Shown: positions 13,076 through 25,000 of the stretch, piece after piece
How the letters are laid out: each line of letters opens with the position of its first letter
How positions within the stretch are numbered: the first letter of the stretch is position 1
NCBI GenBank assembly: GCA_022813865.1
Contig: JALDZX010000014.1
Span: 372,001 to 436,000, forward strand
Origin: Xylographa opegraphella
Lineage: Eukaryota
Direction of reading: 5' to 3'
DNA: 64,000 nucleotides
The notes under the pieces: generated by a model
What the model saw: only the letters and a program-made list of their open reading frames with translations
Told to the model about the DNA's origin: nothing
Database searches by the model: none
Position numbers and translations under genes: made by a program

Positions 13076-13877
13076 GGCCGCTCTGAATCGAGGTGTCTTT
13101 GTGTTTTTGCTTCGGTCGAATAGCTAGCAGGATTGCAGGGAATTGTGACGGAGAACAGCTGGAATTGAGGTACTTTTTGCGCGTGAGCTGTGCGGCCGCT
13201 CCAGCCCCGTGCTGAGATATTCACTTTGTTCGAGCCCTCCCGTACGCTAGGCGGCTAGGAGGCAGGAAGAACCCGCCACCCGAGGATGCGGGCTAACTAC
13301 TTATAAGTTAGCTGGGGTCTAAGCGAGCCCTTGCCCGAGAAACCGGTATCTGGCACGTTGAAATCCAGGAAACGGGAGATATACAGAGTACAGATCAACA
13401 TCGTCGTGCGTCAACTGCGTGGTGGTAAAGCTGCTCGAAGCAGTCTTGATTGGCTAGGACATCTTCAAGAATCCACAAGCAGCATCTGCAGCCGAAGGCG
13501 AAAATGACCCGGTCGTGTTGCGTACTGCTACCTATGCCAGTTTCCAAAGCTGTTGATGCATCCCAGACGAGAGATCTGCCAGGAACAAACGGTCTGACAC
13601 AGTGTTCGGGCCTTGGATGAATCCATGTTCCAGTGTGCGCCAGTCGAGCCGTCCGATATGATGCTATTTCTCTTGTCGCAAAGCCTCGTTCTTGATTTCC
13701 AGCCATCTGCAATGTTTCCATAAGAGGCTGGTGTCCCGCCCAGCCACTCGAAACACCATGATCATGATATTTGAGTACGCAGCACGCTGCATATCTCTTT
13801 CGCATTTTTGTCCCAATCTGATCATATTCTGAATTTTTGGTTGCCTGTCGCTGTATCTGTACACATATTAATACATA

Positions 13878-15359
13878 ATGTTGTCCACAACTTGTCTTGG
13901 TTTGGCCCTTTCCCTCCTACCGGGCATATCACTCGCTCAATCTCTCATCACCTATTCTGTCACCGTCAGCGGATCTCCAACGGTGTTTGTTCTCCCTGTG
14001 CCTTCGTCAACCAGTACATCTACTGTCTATGTGACAAATCCAGCCTCAGTTGTGACCACCACCATTCCGCCGCCAGGGACGACCACAACCCTTACCGTCA
14101 CTGAACCGGTAATCGTTAGCATAACGATACCACCACCAGTGACAACAACCCTGACTACCACTGAGCTGGGAAGCAATAGCACAGCAATACCGACTTCAGT
14201 GACAACAACGACTCTAAACAGGACTGGACCAGTCATTGTTAGCACAACAGTACCAGCACCAGTGACAACAACAACCCTGACTATAACGGAACCGGTAATC
14301 GTGAGCACGACGATACTACCACCAGTAACGACAACAACCATAACTATTACTGAGCCCGTGATAGTCAGCACAACTATACCACCTCCAACGACAACTGTGC
14401 CAATAATTGTAAACACAACCATCGGCGCATCCCCGACGTCAACAGTGACTATCACTCAACCCACGGCTGTCAACAGCACAACCATCGGGCTGTCTTCAAC
14501 ATCGACAGTCACGGTCACACAGCCAGCTTCCATCATCAGCTCGACCGAAGAGCCCTTCTCAACGTCCACGGTCTACGTCACCGAACCAGCCGCCATAGTC
14601 ACCACAATCATAGGCCCCTCCCCAATATCATCGGCCGAGATCATCCCTATCACAGTCGGCGGCTTTGAGACGACACTCACCATCCCCTACTCGGCTTTCT
14701 CGAGCCAGGTCACCGGAGCAGTCACCGTCTCTCCTATCACCCCGGTGATCATCCCACTACCGGCCACATCCGTTCCCAGTTCAGCAGTGGCATCAATCTC
14801 CTCAGCCGCTGCTTCGGCCATCTCTTCAATCTCCTCTGTCGCTGCATCCGCTGAGTCCAGCATCGCCGCCTCCGCCAGCTCAGCCGCAGCTTCCATCTCG
14901 GCTACGGCATCCCCAAGCCCGACTCTCACCACCGCCACCATCTCCGGCAGCGTGACCGTCTTCCCCATCGTCCCGATCTTTTACTCCGTGCCCACCACCT
15001 CCCCCACCGCTATCGCCAGCCCAGCCTCCGCCTTTTCCACCGCCGTCGCAGGCGCCTCCTCCTCCGCCAACAGCGCCCTCGCCTCCGCCGCCTCTGTACT
15101 CTCCACCTTCTCCACCGCCATCGTCTCGCCGCCCGCCTCCTCCTCCGGCGGCGTCGTCGTCCTAGGCACCGCTACCGTCACCACCACAGCGGCCGAGAGC
15201 TTCGTCACCAGTACCGTGGGTCCAACCACCTCCCAGCCGAGTGAGACGCAGCCGGCCCAGACGAGCAGTACCGCGGCGCCGAAGAATGCCGGCGCGAGGC
15301 TGAAGGTGGCGGGGTGGCTGGCGGCGCTGGGGCTTGTAGGAGCGGTGGTTTTGATGTGA
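13878..15359 (+). CDS. Secreted Ser/Thr/Pro-rich, probably GPI-anchored cell-surface protein (adhesin- or mucin-like)
   Basis: Hydrophobic signal peptide, Thr-rich repeats, and C-terminal KNAGAR followed by a hydrophobic tail typical of a GPI signal. Confidence 0.85.
   Translation: MLSTTCLGLALSLLPGISLAQSLITYSVTVSGSPTVFVLPVPSSTSTSTVYVTNPASVVTTTIPPPGTTTTLTVTEPVIVSITIPPPVTTTLTTTELGSNSTAIPTSVTTTTLNRTGPVIVSTTVPAPVTTTTLTITEPVIVSTTILPPVTTTTITITEPVIVSTTIPPPTTTVPIIVNTTIGASPTSTVTITQPTAVNSTTIGLSSTSTVTVTQPASIISSTEEPFSTSTVYVTEPAAIVTTIIGPSPISSAEIIPITVGGFETTLTIPYSAFSSQVTGAVTVSPITPVIIPLPATSVPSSAVASISSAAASAISSISSVAASAESSIAASASSAAASISATASPSPTLTTATISGSVTVFPIVPIFYSVPTTSPTAIASPASAFSTAVAGASSSANSALASAASVLSTFSTAIVSPPASSSGGVVVLGTATVTTTAAESFVTSTVGPTTSQPSETQPAQTSSTAAPKNAGARLKVAGWLAALGLVGAVVLM
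14080..14390 (+). repeat. Coding tandem repeat, about five units of 60-63 bp (TTTLTITEPVIVSTTIPPPV)
   Basis: Units are visible in both DNA and translation; more degenerate copies flank them. Confidence 0.85.
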
Positions 15360-16455
15360 GGGGGTGGTGCTGGGTGGGTGGATTGATGGATGCGAAGGGT
15401 TTGCTTCTTGTGTATATATTTGGGTGGGGGAGGCTGGGGTGTCGTTTCATATATGACGGCGAACTGGGGTCGAGCGCGGTGTTTGGATGGTTGGTTTTGG
15501 GATAGATGGCTCTATGGTTTCTGGGTGGCGGGCACGATGCGCAGGTGGAATGTTGGGAGGGGACGGGGGGACGGGTTTGTGCATATGTGCATACGTGTAC
15601 AGGTGGGGGATTGATTAGATGTTCATACGAAAAACGACGTGACTGGTGATGTCCATGAATTGTCTAATGTAATGAATCGAGACATCTATATCTATCTAGT
15701 TGTTAAGCGTCAATACGACGACTTTCCACTGTCTATTCCTTGTGCACCGAACTGGATGATTTGCTTGTTAGCCCAGGACATCGGCGTGGTGGCTGTCCTG
15801 GGACAGCGTGTGAGCGGAGTGGACCGTTGGTTTTTGAGTAGCCGTGATCATTATCTAGGACTTGGCCATTGATTGATTTGTCGAGGATCGGCCTTTGTAG
15901 GTTATGATGGTCGACAATTACTGGGGTTTCAGAGAGAACTCTAGCGATAATACGAAACACAGTCATACCTACCCGAACACAAGATTAATTTTTAACATTT
16001 GAGGTCTTTGAAATCGGTTCGATGGTAAAGGGTGATTGGATTTTGATTGTAGGTCAGATCCAGTGTAGTCCAGGACATCAAGGGTCGCGTGTCCAGCGTC
16101 ACAAAATCGACATTGTCGAATCAGGACGATCTGAGGAACTGGCTCGGGTTAGCCTGTGCCATCATCGAGGACTTAATGTAGGAAAGTAATGAGGAGGAAT
16201 AATCTCAGACAGCAGTTGGTAACAAATATGTTTATCCACAAGGTAATTCAGAACAGGTCTGTGTTGTGATTTGTGCTTCATCACTGATATTCACGGAACA
16301 CGAGAGGTTACGTACCAGTATCGGAGGAGCTTCTCGAGCTCGGTCTAGATTTCCGGTACCTCGTCTCTGCACGTGGCCGTGGCTCCGCTTCTGATTCTGT
16401 CTTCGATAGAAGGTGTGTCTGAGCTCTGCTGCGCAATGGCATCGGTAGCTGGTTA

Positions 16456-17403
16456 TCACACTTTCCGTTTCTTGAAAAATGGCTCTATAGTCATTTGCCC
16501 TTCGTCGAACTTTGAGCTGCCAACGCCACCGCCGGTGCGCTTAAGTCCGACAAGATGATCCTTGCAATTGACAGCTTTGATAACCATGATACAGCCAGGT
16601 AGGGATTTAGGAACAACAACAGGATTCGGTTGAGAATTCTTAGGGATAGCCAAACTCACTACTGTGTCAGCAGGAGAATTTGTTTTGGCCTTGATGTCAA
16701 GTTCCAGATAACCGGAATTAGACCATCCCCCAAGATGCTCCAGCGTCGTGGGTCCACCGCCTCTGATTGCAAGCCCAGGTCCAAGTTTGACATTTTGAAT
16801 TGGAAATTGCTTCAGTATAGATCTCCATAGCGTAGACAAGATTATGCCATGAGCGACGATCAGTACTACCGGATCCTTCCCGGAGTAACCGCTTCGCAGA
16901 AGCTGTAGCAAATGCAGATTTACGAAGGTGTCCATCCTTAGGGCCATTGCCTCCTTCGTTTCAACATCTTGAAAGCCTGGATCTTTCGTGTGCTGTTCCC
17001 GATGGTTGTCTTTTCCGGACTTATTGAAGTCGCGAAGTCGAGCAAAGAACGGTTTCCCTTCGTAGAATCCGAAATCTTGCTCTCTCAGTATTTCCAGCTT
17101 CATAACCTCCACACGCTCATGGCTCCCGTCACCCTTGAGTGTCCGTGCAGCACATATTGCCTCCGCGGTTTTGTAAGCTCGCTGCAGATCGGACGCAAAT
17201 ACATGGGTCGCTGTAACTCCAGACTGTGCAAGGTGCCGACCGAGTCTTTCGGCTTGCAGTGACCCATGGATCGTGAGGGCACTGTCCCTCACACCTGCGC
17301 TTGGAGATGTTAGTCGTACATCGACCTCGGCATCAATGAAATCATACTAGACTTGTGCTACATTATCGACAGTTTCACCATGTCGGATCAGAAATAGCCT
17401 CAT
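16456..17403 (-). CDS. Histidine phosphatase / phosphoglycerate mutase family protein; intron 17300-17347
   Basis: MRLFLIRHGET in exon 1, YAGVRDSALTIHG, ASDLQRAYKTA, LREQDFGFYEG, VAHG. Confidence 0.9.
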
Positions 17404-19261
17404 CCTTATATGATAACTGTCGGCACCGTACGAAGCACCATGGAAAGACATGTTTTGCGAGCGGATTTTCGTTGCCTTAGCCGTAAGTTACTTAGTACAT
17501 GCACTAACTTGGAGAGGCCTAGTACACACATGCCTGAGGCATCAATTCCTTAGTGCTACTCAAGGTACCTGTACATGAACACTGCGACTAGGGGAGACGG
17601 CTGGCTACCTTACCTTATGTTCAATGCACGATCACAACTGACGCTAGGTACTCCCCTGGACTGTTTTTGTGTCTCCTCGAAACCCTGCCTTCAATGCTAC
17701 CGTCGAACAATTCTGCACTTTATTGTATTCGGTTTCCAAGCGATAGCGAGAAGCGATTTTTGCAAAGATTGAGATGCCGCATGGTGCAAGAATGGTATAT
17801 TCCCTTAACCAAGTTGAGCCTACCATGGTTGATTTTTTCTATTAAAATATAGCTATCAATATTGCTTTTCATGTCTCCTCATATGGTCAGTAACTTATAA
17901 TGCTTCATTATTGCTCTGGGCTACAAATATCGCGTTCACCTCCGGAGGGATTGATCACAAGGTCCTATGTGAAGCAAGAACAACAAGACTATGATGTCAA
18001 CGCCATGCCGAATAGTTGTTCGGACTGCGGATGTATTCCTAGAGAATAGGCAAATTTGTTCGTTGATTTGAAGCCGCAGATCGTCGTGTTACCGGCCTTA
18101 TTGTGGCGCTGGAAAGTCGTAATTATTACCGCTCAATGCTCGGCGGAGTAGTTGAATGAACTGCTGGACGTTACTGTCATTCAATGAGTCTTTTGGTTTT
18201 TTTGTTGTATAAGGCTACCGATGCTGCAGTATTGACGCTCCAAATCTCAACAATGGACGACAGTGCATGGATTTCCCCTCCTAGAAGTTGCAGGCTTTTG
18301 ACTACCGGCTGCTACATGCACATCTACGAGTTAAGGCGTTCTTATGTTCAGACGTCGAATACGCATCAGAAGAGCTGGGAGGTGAGAAGCAATTTAATCA
18401 CCAGAGTTAGTCACCTCCTTGTAATGTCTAACAGCCTCAGAAGCATATGTACCTCTCACTTCCACGTCTTCAAACCTTTGATATGGGCAGAAGTACAACG
18501 GACGCTTATTAATATCATCCTTGTGTGCACTATAGTGCGTGCTTCAACCACGCTCTGGCATTCATCTCATCTGCGCTTTCGCATTTGTGGGTCAGACTCG
18601 GCAAGATATTGTTGCTTCCCTGGAATTTTCCGTCTTCTTATATTCACGATCGGGTAGGTTGATACGTGGCAGACGCAGTTGTGATCCTGGATACTACCTC
18701 TTCTCACATATACTTGTTGGAAGACACCTGCACTGGTTGCAGTGTAAGAATCACTACATATTGTTCGCCTTTGTCTTTAGGAATCCCCTCATTGCTAAGA
18801 TGGCTTATCATTTATACCACTGATGATGTATTCGGAAGCGAATACGATGAGGTCCTTTTATGTCCAGTTTCTCACCTCGTCCTTATATCCGGACATGTTT
18901 TACATCTCCTCTCGTTCCAAGTTGAGCTTGCGTTCGTAAATACGGGTTTGGTGCTACTCGCAAAAGTGTCTCAATCTGCCGTATGGATGCCCTTCACGTC
19001 GCCCTCGTCCTTGGTGCTACCCACATCGATCTCTCTATGATCTGATATCTTTTCTGATAATTTTGAAATTTCTCGAATTTGTCGAACTCGACTCGGCTCG
19101 AATCTGAGGGACTATGAAGTTCTGACATTTTATCTGAAGCACCACTTCTGGATCATTTGCCTCAGCATATATCGAGTAGGGTCTATGCATGATGCTTCAA
19201 TCAGGTACATACGTTCCTGGTATGATTTCAATCTCAGCTTGCTGATTTTATTGCTGTAGTG

Positions 19262-21034
19262 ATGACCATTACGCCAGTTCAGGAGCAGGCGGAATTCGTA
19301 TCTCGCTTTCCGATAGATTATGGCTATCAAGAAGACATGACGCTAATTGGTGGAAACCTTCCGTATCAAAGTTACGACTTCAGACCTGGCCCGCGACAAT
19401 ATAAGAGAGTGCGAACAACATGGCTGGATCAAGATAATAGTGGGGACTTCGACTCCGATTGCAAGCATCTTTCACCAAAAATCGCAACCGCCACCAAGAG
19501 ACAGAGAAAGCATTGTAGTGAAGAAGTGTCTGAGCGACCCGAGACCAAAAAGTCCAAGCTGTTCTCCTGGCAAGTAGGCAGGCACCATGGCCACAGTTGC
19601 TGTATCACCATCACTTTGAAATCAGAGCGTGGAGCCATTCTTCTGCAGTATCTCAGTACCTTCCCTGATAATTGGCCTGAATTAGAGCCCGCGGACCCGC
19701 ACAAGGAGCAAAACTTCACAGAACTTAGTCCCGGCTCAGTCAAGCCTCAACGTCTTCGACAACGAAACAAGATTTTATCAGACTCCACCTTGTTGGACGT
19801 GGCCCAAAATGATAACCAGCTATCACTAGCAGATGTTACTCTAGGTCATCCTGCAGCTCGAGGTTGTAAAGGCTGTTTTGAAATTAACTCTTCATGTTCG
19901 TTGTTGCAGGAAGGTGAGAGGTATCCCTGCTTCAACTGCAGGGAAGACAGCATTGACTGTGAACTCATACTACCACCCCCCCAAAAGCGGCAATGCGAAA
20001 ACTGTAGGCGAAGGAAAATTGTGTGCTCCTATCGCATTTTTGACGATCATACAAATCCATGCCACGACTGTATCAAATCTGGATACAACTGTGTTGCTGG
20101 TCCTTTCAACGGGAGGACCCGAACTGGCCCATCTCTTGACCAAGATTTCAGCCAGTTTGTTCCAACCGTCCAGCCTCCATTTAAGTCATGCACAGAGTGC
20201 CGGAGGTCCAGGAAATCGTGCTCGCTACTCTCTCATCCTGGGTATAGTGGTTGCAATCGATGCACCTCACTGGGTCAGCACTGTACGTTTGAAGCGGTCG
20301 TAATTGATATTAAGGGGACTGCCCAAGAGCGCGAGTATGAAACCTCAAAGTTATTAGTTGTCGGACTCAATTCTACTGCCTCAACGGGGTCCAGGGTTAC
20401 GAAGACCATGAAAACACAGCTAGGCCATCCAATACTTTTCAACTACGAAACTTCTGATAATGATTGCAGTCCGTGCCATTGGTGCGAGGATGAGATTTAC
20501 GGTATCTTGGGCCTTGCACAAGTCCACGTCGAGGTTATTGATCATCAAGAGGTTCAAGGATATGTTGAGATTGGGGGAGGTCCTACTGCAGTAGGGAGTT
20601 CCCCAAGCCGAATGTGTGGATTGTGTACATGCGAAAGACTCCGAATCACAGCTTGCACGACACACAAGCTTGAGCAGATTCAGGATGCGGATCTCGATGC
20701 GATCGATCCAGATACCGTGATGGAGTGGATGATACCGGGTACGTCCAATTCGGCACCATTTAAATGGTGTAGTCTTTGTCCACGTCCTGCAAATTTTGCA
20801 TGTTGTTCTCCTGTGAGAGTGGTGGATGGGGTTGACAAAGGAGAGTCCGGGTGTGGATTGAAGCTGTGCCATGACTGCGCTTGCAATCTGATCAGTGAGC
20901 ACGAAGGGGATTTGACGAAGTTGATCACGGCGATGGAGGAGGACGAGAGTCTCGCCATCTTCGAAACACGAGCAGACATTAATCTTCTCCGGTCTGATGG
21001 GTACCTCTTGAGCCAGATCTATGCTGGGCGATGA
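19262..21034 (+). CDS. Cys-rich protein with three Zn(II)2Cys6-like clusters; a short upstream exon (ATG 19189, intron 19205-19259) is possible
   Basis: Three CxxCx6C...CxxCx6C units plus a Cys-rich C-terminal region; an acceptor (ctgat...tag) lies just before the ATG. Confidence 0.8.
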   Translation: MTITPVQEQAEFVSRFPIDYGYQEDMTLIGGNLPYQSYDFRPGPRQYKRVRTTWLDQDNSGDFDSDCKHLSPKIATATKRQRKHCSEEVSERPETKKSKLFSWQVGRHHGHSCCITITLKSERGAILLQYLSTFPDNWPELEPADPHKEQNFTELSPGSVKPQRLRQRNKILSDSTLLDVAQNDNQLSLADVTLGHPAARGCKGCFEINSSCSLLQEGERYPCFNCREDSIDCELILPPPQKRQCENCRRRKIVCSYRIFDDHTNPCHDCIKSGYNCVAGPFNGRTRTGPSLDQDFSQFVPTVQPPFKSCTECRRSRKSCSLLSHPGYSGCNRCTSLGQHCTFEAVVIDIKGTAQEREYETSKLLVVGLNSTASTGSRVTKTMKTQLGHPILFNYETSDNDCSPCHWCEDEIYGILGLAQVHVEVIDHQEVQGYVEIGGGPTAVGSSPSRMCGLCTCERLRITACTTHKLEQIQDADLDAIDPDTVMEWMIPGTSNSAPFKWCSLCPRPANFACCSPVRVVDGVDKGESGCGLKLCHDCACNLISEHEGDLTKLITAMEEDESLAIFETRADINLLRSDGYLLSQIYAGR

Positions 21035-22062
21035 TATCAACGATCTAGTCTCGGTAGTCTAGCTTCCGGTCTCATACTATCCACGAAACTTTTTCCAAGT
21101 CAATAATCCTATAATATCTAGAATAGCACATACTTCATTTGACATCGCTGCTCATCACGAGCCCATTCTGATATTGGATTTTGGTAGTAGTGCATTGCCA
21201 TGCATGAGAATATAAGCATAACTCGATGGCAAGGTTACTAATATGATCAAGGAGGGAGCCATTAAGAAGTACACAAAGTGGCATCCGTGGTGAACACGTA
21301 GAGTAGTTAACCTATATCTATATCTGTGCTTGCGGCGTGGAGCCATGGACTCGTCCATCTGCCATAAAGGCTTAGACCGTATGTTTACAAGGAGGCTTCA
21401 AGGTATGGATAGAGGATTTGGAACAATCAACACTCAGGGAATGTTACTATTGGTGATGAAGCTTGATGGAATCCGCAAATAAGGTTGGTGGATGCTTTGA
21501 CGGGGCAAGATGTACCACGGCGAGCACGGCTGCTTGCTTAAGCTTCTTGGCGCGCTAAATTCAAATTCTAGAATGACCAGGTCCGTTCACCTCTATCACC
21601 TCGCCCAGACTGCCCATCCACGAAGTCCTCACCTCATTCACATCGAGCGCTAGGCAACATTTTCATCGTTGCCGCAGCTGGAATCTTAGCCCCCACGAAG
21701 AGCTCAGTACACACCTTCGGGACAAATACCCTGGAGACCTGCACCTCCGGAGCATTTTAGTTTCGTACACGTCCTGAGTCTCATCAAGATCGCTCTGTAA
21801 AGTTCGAGCAAGCCTCATAGCGGTCACTCTCGTTCTAGACGAAACACCACTCGAAGCTGCCTGTAGAATTTACGTAGGGTATGCTTCCCAGTCCTTACTG
21901 ACACTTACCGTATCAGTATTAGCTAGACCTTCAAAACCGCAGCAAAAGCCGGGGGCGGAATTAATCTTCAGCTCAATCTCAATCAGAGCTTCACGACTCC
22001 CTACAATTCTGGAATGTTTGGGGCTTGACACATGAGTCTTCAAAAATCAGCTGGTCGTCAAG

Positions 22063-25000
22063 ATGGGGAGAATTAAGAAGGCTGCGGGACCGAAGCACGA
22101 GGCAACGCTGGTGAGTTATTGATCTATAGTTGAGAAAGAAGAATGTTCACTGACTGTGCTGGATGCACAGTCTCCAGCACTCTCCCAGTTTGTCTCTACA
22201 GCTGCAAGCCTTCCTTTAGCTAAGCTGCCGTCACATCTCCATTCATTCCCTGCCCGATGGCCCTTCCCAAGAGGTGATTTGTATCACTGGATTCCGCTTT
22301 TGGATCATTTCGACAGCATTCTAGAGGATTTTGTTACAGAATATCGCCTGAACGAAGGGCCCCAGCTTCAACGCTTCGACCGAAGGCTTTTGCAGAAGGG
22401 TCCTTCGGTGACCGATGGAATCAGTACCAAGGACGATGTACAGGAGTTTGGTGTGGAAGGAGATCGAGAAGTCGTGGAGACCATATTGGCGTTCTCTAGG
22501 ACATTGATGGAAAATTGTGGCAATCGCAGTTTGTACAGCAGCAGTGATCGCTTAGGCGAATTGCTCAACACTACATCACTCTCTTTGTTGTCTACCACAC
22601 TTCGTCTCATGGCCCGGCTTGCGCAGAGATACCATGCATCTCGCCAGCGGGGCACCAACGCCAGTCAGCACTTGAATACTGCACTGTTAGCGAGTCATTA
22701 TAACATCGACTTGGACAGTGTACAGAAACTTGCCGACACTTTCGTGAAGACTGGGCCACCTATCCTTCCAATGGGTGCTTCTGCACAAGCTAAGGCACCT
22801 GGCGTCAAGGCCAAAGAAAAGGCATTTCATGATTTAGAGGCTGAGCGAAAGCCGAGGATACTGGTTAGTGGTAGTGACATGTTTGCCGTTGTGAAAGACG
22901 AATCCTCCCATGAAAACGGGTTGAAATCCAACGGTCATATGGCACTGGAGGGTAAACATTCGAATTACGATGAGTGGGGAGATGTTTGGTTCACTTATTA
23001 CCGATCCTCTGCTCCTGCTGAACCGGACTCGAAACAAGTGTTTACTGGAAACGAGAGCTCTGATTCCCCAGCACTACCCGAGTCCCCCACGCCAATTCGG
23101 CGGACTCCTGGTACATCCCGACCGAGCGGCCTCTCGAATTCGGAGGGTTCGTCTAACGTTCCTGTCGCTACCACACTCGCAAAGTCATCTGAAACCAATG
23201 TAGCTGGAATTCGTACTATCATGATACCGTATTCAACTATAGCGTCCATTCCGCTTGAAGAGATACTGGAAAAGAATCTCCCAGAACTTCCCAAAACTTC
23301 CCGTTATGATTTCCTCAGCAGGATAAGAGTTGCGAAGGCGCTCACACAATCACTCCACTCCCGACGTCAAATACTGTCCATCCGCATACTGGCAATCACC
23401 AACCTTGCATACATTTATCCGGAAGAGCAATTCCAACAGAAAATCTTACAACATGATTCGGACGAACCTCGGCGCCTTCAACTTGCATATCAGCTCGCCG
23501 AGCTGATTCATCCTCCAGGGAACGGTAAAGCAGGAATTCCATTAGTGCTGAAGACGATAGCGCTCGGTGCGCTTGAAGCACTATCAAAGCATAAGCATCG
23601 CGCTGCTGATGTTTGTACTGCGCTTAGCATCAATGTCAATCACGGGGTCCTCCTGTACATTCTTCGAAAGACTGTCGCAGATTTGGCCATCGAGGACAAT
23701 GATGTCAATTCCGTTGAAGAAGATGACTGGCGTGACGCGCTTTTCTCTCTCCTTGATTCATTACCTGCCTCCACTTCTCGTACGGCCGAATCGCTTGTTG
23801 GGGCTGGTCTCTTTGACATTCTCACGGAAGCTCTTACACTTAGGACACGCAAAGCAGAGCGGACTCATCCAAAAATATTGATGTTCATGAATACCATTGT
23901 TTACACAGTCCGTGACGCTTTGATGACCTTCGCCAACGCTAAGGGATTGGATATTGTGGCCGATCTCATTGCATGGGAAGTAACAACAGCCCTACAACTT
24001 GTCAGCGTTGGCCAAGGGCTTCCTCTAGGTTTCAAAAATCAAGTAATGGATTACGACATGCCATACTACCAGCAACAAACATTGCGATGGCTATTCAAAT
24101 TTGTTAATCATATGATGCAGCACGGAAACGCCAACTTTGATCGGCTGTTACGGAACCTGATCGACTCGCCTCAACTACTGAGCGGTCTCCGGCATGTGCT
24201 TGCAAACGCAAGGGTTTTTGGTTCAAATGTGTGGAGTGGGGCGGTCAATATACTCAGTAGCTTCATCCATAACGAGCCTACTAGCTATGCTGTTATTGCT
24301 GAAGCAGGCCTAAGCAAGAGTTTTCTTCAAGCCATAACAGCGAGGGACGGCGACACTTCCGGTAATGGAAATGCCAACCGGTTTCCACGGGCTGACCTCG
24401 GAGATATTGGAGATACGCTAGATACCATCATTGTTCCCCAAGCTTCGGAGAATTCCGGACAGACTCATCAGAGGATCAGTATAGTACGAGCTCAAGAAGA
24501 CGTCTCGACTCTCGCTCGTGGCATTCTTCCAGCGACTGACGCCATAGTTACCATTCCCCAAGCATTTGGAGCCATTTGTCTGAACACTGCTGGTCTGGAG
24601 CTTTTTCTGAGTTCTGGTGCGCTCGAGAGTTTTTTCGAGGTTTTTGAGAGCCCTAGTCACGTCAAGTCGATGAGTGCAGAAGTTGATCTGCCAAGGCTTC
24701 TTGGAGGTTCTTTCGATGAATTGGTGCGGCATCACCCAAGATTGAAGTCTGCGGTGATGCTCTCCGTAGTTGTAATGCTGGCTCGTGTGGTGCGCCTTTG
24801 CAGGAGTCGAGCTTGGGCAGATGGAATTGGTGCAAAGTTATGGACAGTGTCCGAGGATGGGCACGCTCGCGTTAGTGGCGGAAAGCAAGCACTTCTTGCA
24901 GGCATTGCTGATATTGCCCCGTCAAATTCAATGCGTGACTTTGATGAGGATATTACGATGACCGAGACGACATCGGAAGAGGTCGAGGATGACCGGGTCG

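Noticed and set aside
22032..22076. Out-of-frame uORF overlapping the TOM1 start
   Set aside because: Its ATG sits between a branch-like ttgac and a CAG (22050), so it is probably inside a 5' UTR intron.
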